DNA of 32,400 nucleotides from an uncultured Chlamydiae bacterium (GTDB lineage Bacteria; Chlamydiota; Chlamydiia; Chlamydiales; JAJFMA01): NCBI GenBank assembly GCA_945957095.1, contig CAMFKD010000003.1, positions 1 to 32,400 of the forward strand, read 5' to 3'. Shown piece by piece: positions 27,674 to 32,400 of this stretch (position 1 is its first letter; each line of letters starts with the position of its first letter). The notes under the pieces were generated by a model. It saw only the letters and a program-made list of their open reading frames with translations, ran no database searches and was not told where the DNA came from. The position numbers and the translations under genes were made by a program.

Positions 27674-27713
27674 ACTGACTGCCTCCACTCTGCTCCCTCT
27701 CTTGCTCACCCTC

Positions 27714-27722
27714 ATTATATCA
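27714..27722 (-). promoter_or_regulatory. Extended -10 promoter element
   Basis: Minus strand TGATATAAT about 40 bp upstream of ATG 27673; no clear -35. Confidence 0.4.
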
Positions 27723-28006
27723 TGTAGGCAATATTTCCATTTCCAGACTGATAATCGTTTTGTTCCCTAGGAGCCTCGGTGGCCTTTGCTTGGCCACCTC
27801 ATCAGTTTTATCTATGTATAGCCAGTTCTATGCCAAACGCCTCTCTGTTCTCAGATCGATCACTCACTTCCACTTTTCTTCAATTTTCAGTTTAACTTTT
27901 TCAATTATTTATGTGTATTTTTTTATTGTAATTTGAAAAATTAAATAGATTGAAATTAAATTGTTTAACAAATGTAACAAACGATGAGTATAGACAACAT
28001 GGACGG

Positions 28007-28042
28007 AATAGACGGAATGGGCATTATGAGGTAATTGCAGAA
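28007..28042 (+). repeat. Isolated end of the family B element plus its flank
   Basis: GAATAGACGGAATGGGCATTATGAGGTAATTGCAGAA matches the reverse complement of about 5332-5371. Confidence 0.7.
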
Positions 28043-28094
28043 CTAGCTCAATCATTCCCGCTAAATACTACCCACTCACTTTTAGGAATTTATC

Positions 28095-28242
28095 ACCACA
28101 AAGTGCACGGAGAACACAGAGAAAAAATAGAAAATGAGAAATCCCTTTCGATTTTTAAGAAAATATTGTGTTTAGTTTTTCCCATTCCCCTCTCTGTGCG
28201 CTCTGTGTTCTCTTTGGTAAAAATTTTAGTGGGAACTGCTGG
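28095..28242. repeat. Family E (ACCACAGAGAACACAGAG-type) palindromic repeat
   Basis: Left arm ACCACAAAGTGCACGGAGAACACAGAG, right arm CTCTGTGCGCTCTGTGTTCTCTTTGGT; 28168-28242 is the reverse complement of 32327-32400 with about 4 differences. Confidence 0.85.
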
Positions 28243-28375
28243 AACTCGCTCATCTCTTATGGACGTCACCGTAGCTTCTCAAATCGGAAAACGGTAAAGT
28301 GGTACGTGTTCACCTTGGTGAACAAGTACGTAAACTATGGCCAATATCATACCCAAACAGACTGATAGAGAAGAG

Positions 28376-31240
28376 ATGACGGACACAGCATTACCTAAAG
28401 CCTACGAAGCGAAAGATGTCGAAAAGAAGTGGTACGCCTTTTGGCAGCAGAATCGTCTGTTCAGTGCTAACCCTAATTCGGTCAAGAAAGCCTTTAGCAT
28501 TGTGATGCCGCCGCCAAATGTCACGGGGGTGCTACACATGGGGCATGCCTTGGTGAGTACGCTACAAGACGTCATCGTACGCTGGCAGCGGATGCTTGGC
28601 AAAGAGGTCCTGTGGGTGCCAGGCACCGACCATGCTGGGATCGCGACTCAAACCGTTGTCGAGCGCCACCTGATGAAGACAGAAGGTAAGCGACGGCAGC
28701 AGTATGAACGCGAGACATTTCTGCAGCATGTGTGGAATTGGAAGGAGCAAAGCCAACAGCGCATCATCGGTCAGTTGAAAGCGTTAGGATGTAGCTGTGA
28801 CTGGGATCGCGAGCGCTTCACGATGGATCCGGGCGCTAACCGCGCTGTTCGGGTGATGTTTAAGAAGCTATACGATGCCAACCTCATCTATCGTGGCGAT
28901 TATTTGGTCAACTGGGATCCGGTGACGCAGACCGCCCTAGCTGACGACGAAGTGGAATATGAAGAACGAGACTCTTTCCTATGGTATTTCCGCTATCCCC
29001 TCATCGATGGCAGTGGTCATGTCGTCGTCGCAACGACGCGACCAGAGACGATGCTGGGGGATACCGCGGTAGCGGTAGCGCCTCGCGACGAACGCTATGC
29101 GCACATGGTAGGCAAGCAGGTGCTACAACCTCTAGCAGAAAGAGAGATACCTGTCATCGCAGACCATTACGTCGACGCAACCTTCGGCACTGGCGTCGTC
29201 AAGATCACCCCAGCCCACGATCCCAACGACTATCAGCTAGGGTTTAGACACAACCTCCCCTTCGTCAACATCATGACCCCTGACGGCCGTATCAACGAAA
29301 ACGGCGGTCGTTACGCTGGGATGACCATGGAGGAGGCGCGCGAAGCTGTCGTCACGGCAATGAAGGAGCGTGGCTTGCTCGAAAAGGTCGAGCCACATGT
29401 CCACCGTGTTGGCCGTTCTTATCGTTCTAAAGCTATCATCGAGCCTTTCCTATCCAAGCAGTGGTTTGTGCGCATGGAGCAATTCGGCACCAAATTGCGC
29501 GAGGCCGTTGCTGAAGAGCGTGTGAAGCTGATCCCTAAGCATTGGGACAAAGTGTACAACCACTGGATCGATAACCTTCGCGATTGGTGCATCAGCCGTC
29601 AGCTTTGGTGGGGTCACCGCATTCCCATCTGGTATCGCGTCGACGATACCAGCGTCTGCTTATGCTACGATGGAGAGGGCGTTCCTCCTGAAGTGGCTAG
29701 CAACCCCGACGCTTGGGTACAGGATGGTGACGTCCTTGATACTTGGTTCTCGTCGGCTTTATGGCCATTTAGCACCTTAGGATGGCCTGATAACAGCCCT
29801 GAGATGCAAAAATTCTACCCCAACTCTCTCCTCATCACCGGCCACGATATCCTCTTTTTCTGGGTGGCGCGTATGATCATGATGGGAGAATATGCTACAG
29901 GGGAAATACCCTTCCCAGAAGTATTCCTCCATGGCCTCATCTATGGAAAATCTTACTGGCGCGACAACCCTGGCGGCGGCATCACCTATGTCAGTGACGC
30001 TGAGAGAATCGATTACGACCTAGGCAAACCCTCTCCTAAAGATGTCAAAAGCAAGTGGGAGAAGATGTCCAAGTCAAAAGGCAACATCATCGATCCGCTG
30101 GAAGTCATCGACCAGTATGGTACTGACGCCATGCGCATGGCCCTCTGTTCTAGCGCCACACAAGCGCGTCAGATCGATCTCGACCGCCGCCGCTTTGAAG
30201 AATTTAAGAACTTTGCCAACAAGGTGTGGAATGGTGCTCGCTTTGTCTTGATGAATCTCGATGGAGATGACAAAGCTGGCACGGTACCGCTGACGGCTGC
30301 CTCTTTCAGTCGAGGGCTCAATCTATCACTCTTGACGTTAGAAGACCGCTGGATGCTATCCGTGTTGAACCGTACGGTGCGTGACGTCAATGAGAAGCTG
30401 ACCGCCTACGCCTTTGACCAGGCGGCGATGGAAGCCTATGAGTTCTTCTGGAAAGAGTTCTGTGCTTTCTACGTCGAGATCGTCAAGCCCATCCTCTTCG
30501 GAAAGGTAGGAACCGCCGCTGATCGCGAAAACAAGCAAAAGTTACTCGTCATCGTCCTGTGTCAGGCGGTGCGTCTGTTGCATCCCATGACGCCATTCAT
30601 CACGGAAGAACTCTTCCAGCGCCTGAAAGAACGCTTGAGTGGTTTCCAAGTTCATGCCGGTGTCGATGCCTATACTGCAGAAGCTATCGCAGCGCTACAA
30701 CAAGAATCGTGCATGGTGACTGCTTACCCACAGGTCATCTGTGAGAGCGATATCAACCCCGCTATCAACGCCGCCTTCGATCTCGTGGAACGCGCTGTCT
30801 ACACCATCCGCAACATCCGCGGCGAGATGCAGCTTCCACCTGGTACTTCAACGGAAATACACCTTCTCGGCAACCAAGGCGATGGCGCACTCAAGGCCCT
30901 TGAAGATAACAGCAACATCATCCAGGCACTCGTTAGAACTCATAAGATCGTTGTCCATGCCGATCAGGAGCCCAAGGTTGGCTTTGCTTCCACGGGCGTC
31001 TTGGATAGCATCAAGATCATGATTCCTCTTCCGCCAGAACTCTTTGAAAAGGAGCGCCAACGGCTGACCAAAGAACAGGATCGATTGAAGCAAGCGGTAG
31101 AGAAGCTAAGCCGTCAGCTCGACAACGCAGACTTTGTACAGAAAGCACCTGCTGAGCTATTAGAAAAACAGAGGGAGAACCTCCAGCAAAGCACCAAAGA
31201 GTTAGCCGAAGTGACGGCTAAGCTAAGCAATTTCGTATAA
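28376..31240 (+). CDS. valS: Valine--tRNA ligase
   Basis: PPPNVTG.LHMGHA, GTDHAGIATQ, ATTRPET, DWCISRQLWWGH, KMSKS, C-terminal coiled-coil arm; alternative start 28337. Confidence 0.98.
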   Translation: MTDTALPKAYEAKDVEKKWYAFWQQNRLFSANPNSVKKAFSIVMPPPNVTGVLHMGHALVSTLQDVIVRWQRMLGKEVLWVPGTDHAGIATQTVVERHLMKTEGKRRQQYERETFLQHVWNWKEQSQQRIIGQLKALGCSCDWDRERFTMDPGANRAVRVMFKKLYDANLIYRGDYLVNWDPVTQTALADDEVEYEERDSFLWYFRYPLIDGSGHVVVATTRPETMLGDTAVAVAPRDERYAHMVGKQVLQPLAEREIPVIADHYVDATFGTGVVKITPAHDPNDYQLGFRHNLPFVNIMTPDGRINENGGRYAGMTMEEAREAVVTAMKERGLLEKVEPHVHRVGRSYRSKAIIEPFLSKQWFVRMEQFGTKLREAVAEERVKLIPKHWDKVYNHWIDNLRDWCISRQLWWGHRIPIWYRVDDTSVCLCYDGEGVPPEVASNPDAWVQDGDVLDTWFSSALWPFSTLGWPDNSPEMQKFYPNSLLITGHDILFFWVARMIMMGEYATGEIPFPEVFLHGLIYGKSYWRDNPGGGITYVSDAERIDYDLGKPSPKDVKSKWEKMSKSKGNIIDPLEVIDQYGTDAMRMALCSSATQARQIDLDRRRFEEFKNFANKVWNGARFVLMNLDGDDKAGTVPLTAASFSRGLNLSLLTLEDRWMLSVLNRTVRDVNEKLTAYAFDQAAMEAYEFFWKEFCAFYVEIVKPILFGKVGTAADRENKQKLLVIVLCQAVRLLHPMTPFITEELFQRLKERLSGFQVHAGVDAYTAEAIAALQQESCMVTAYPQVICESDINPAINAAFDLVERAVYTIRNIRGEMQLPPGTSTEIHLLGNQGDGALKALEDNSNIIQALVRTHKIVVHADQEPKVGFASTGVLDSIKIMIPLPPELFEKERQRLTKEQDRLKQAVEKLSRQLDNADFVQKAPAELLEKQRENLQQSTKELAEVTAKLSNFV

Positions 31241-31249
31241 GGAGCCAGG

Positions 31250-31861
31250 ATGGCCGAAGAAGAACCGTTGCCAGGAGATCTCGTCGATAAAGACGCGATC
31301 ATAGAGGCGCTGCAAACTCAGATTGAAGAGTTGCAGAAGGAACGCCGCCTTCCTCCTCCGTCACCCCCAGAACCCCCTCCGCTGGCGGTGGCTCCTACTC
31401 CTTCCTATGTAATGGAAGAGGAGCATGCCAGACTCACCGCCGCCATCGCGCAGGAAATTAAGAAAATCGAAGAACTCCTCACCCAAATAGAAAAAGGTGA
31501 AGAATCTGTCGTTACTGAGCCTCCTCCTCCCCTATCGTTAGCCAGAGAAATAGGTCTCACCAGCACCGGTCGCAGCCCCAGACCTTCCGACGATGAGAAT
31601 CTGTTTCATCTTCAACAGCTACGAGAGCGTGTCAAAGCCTTGCAAGGAACCCTCAAAAGCAGGAATGCTGAGTGGTCTGCATTACAAACACAGCTTGCCA
31701 GTGGCCAGCCACCCAAGCCCAAAAGAGAAGGGTGGCTGCAGCTCGACGAAGCAGAAGTCAAATCCCTCGAAGATACTTTGGTGAAGGTGCAAATGCGTAA
31801 TGAACAGCTCGCTGCCGAAAACGAAAAGTTAAAGTACGAACTGAAGAAACTCAGTGGATAA
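31250..31861 (+). CDS. Hypothetical Pro-rich coiled-coil protein
   Basis: AAGGAG RBS overlapping the valS stop; E/K/Q-rich heptads alternating with poly-Pro linkers. Confidence 0.7.
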   Translation: MAEEEPLPGDLVDKDAIIEALQTQIEELQKERRLPPPSPPEPPPLAVAPTPSYVMEEEHARLTAAIAQEIKKIEELLTQIEKGEESVVTEPPPPLSLAREIGLTSTGRSPRPSDDENLFHLQQLRERVKALQGTLKSRNAEWSALQTQLASGQPPKPKREGWLQLDEAEVKSLEDTLVKVQMRNEQLAAENEKLKYELKKLSG

Positions 31862-31877
31862 CGAGTGATGTGGTAAG

Positions 31878-32324
31878 ATGAAAGAAGATCTGCTCTACTA
31901 TCTCAACGAGCATATCCCCATCGCCAAAGCCATGGGCGTGGAAGTGGTGCACGCTTCTCCAGATAAAGTCGTCTTATTTGCTCCTCATGCCAACAATGTC
32001 AACCACAAGAGAACAGTCTTTGGCGGAAGCTTACATGCTATTGCAACTTTGGCCTGCTGGAGCCTCGTGCATCTTAATCTGCAGCATGGCTCTGAGACAC
32101 CCTACCATATCGTGATCACACATAGCGAAGTAGACTACCTAGCCCCCGTCGATGCCGACTTTACCATCACTTGTCTCAAGCCACCAGAGAGCGAGTGGCA
32201 TCGCTTCATGAAAATTCTACAAGCGAAAGGCAAGTCTAGGATTACACTGTCGGCACAGCTGCAGCATAAAGACAAACTCTGCGTCGACTACCGTGGAGAC
32301 TTCGCCGCCCTCAGCATTAATTGA
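31878..32324 (+). CDS. YiiD C-terminal-type hotdog thioesterase domain protein
   Basis: IPIAKAMG, AP...N.NHK.TVFGGS..A.ATLACW, VDYLAPV, GK.RI.L motifs. Confidence 0.85.
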   Translation: MKEDLLYYLNEHIPIAKAMGVEVVHASPDKVVLFAPHANNVNHKRTVFGGSLHAIATLACWSLVHLNLQHGSETPYHIVITHSEVDYLAPVDADFTITCLKPPESEWHRFMKILQAKGKSRITLSAQLQHKDKLCVDYRGDFAALSIN

Positions 32325-32326
32325 AA

Positions 32327-32400
32327 CCAGCAGTACCCGCTAAAATTTTACCACAGAGAACACAGAGCGCACAGAGAGGGGAATGGGAAAAACTAAACAC
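32327..32400. repeat. Family E repeat, inverted copy (runs off the window end)
   Basis: CCAGCAGTACCCGCTAAAATTTTACCACAGAGAACACAGAGCGCACAGAGAGGGGAATGGGAAAAACTAAACAC. Confidence 0.85.

Noticed and set aside
27950-28365. ORFs of 115 and 65 aa upstream of valS, or a T-box leader
   Set aside because: They are composed of family B and E repeats, and no T-box consensus was recognised.
28168-32400. Composite transposon carrying valS
   Set aside because: No transposase or target-site duplication is visible; the flanks are short REP-like repeats and valS is in its expected neighbourhood.

Overview
Bacterial window, most likely from an environmental member of the phylum Chlamydiae. The evidence is a ValS carrying the chlamydial insert before KMSKS, a PknD-type kinase near valS and uvrA, and several Inc/effector-like orphan genes. 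Core genes are a short, atypical uvrA, cutA, an S9 peptidase, pknD, valS and a YiiD-type thioesterase. Two accessory blocks interrupt them. (1) 5.5-14.2 kb: a signal-peptide-bearing RHS/YD protein with an alpha/beta-hydrolase (HSQG) tip, two tandem 190-aa exported paralogs (candidate immunity), a twin-domain retropepsin and a small orphan. (2) 14.6-20.6 kb and 24.5-27.7 kb: putative host-directed membrane or effector proteins. Two are distant paralogs whose inter-TM loops are dense in N-x-S/T sequons, one is tail-anchored with an acidic dileucine motif, and one has a His...Asn-Cys permuted-papain-like motif. Most intergenic spaces hold palindromic repeats from several families, including a gene-3'-oriented double hairpin with compensatory stem changes around a CTTG loop and three 160-170 bp MITE-like palindromes. 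No rRNA, tRNA, CRISPR array or transposase was found. All calls are by eye, without database searches.
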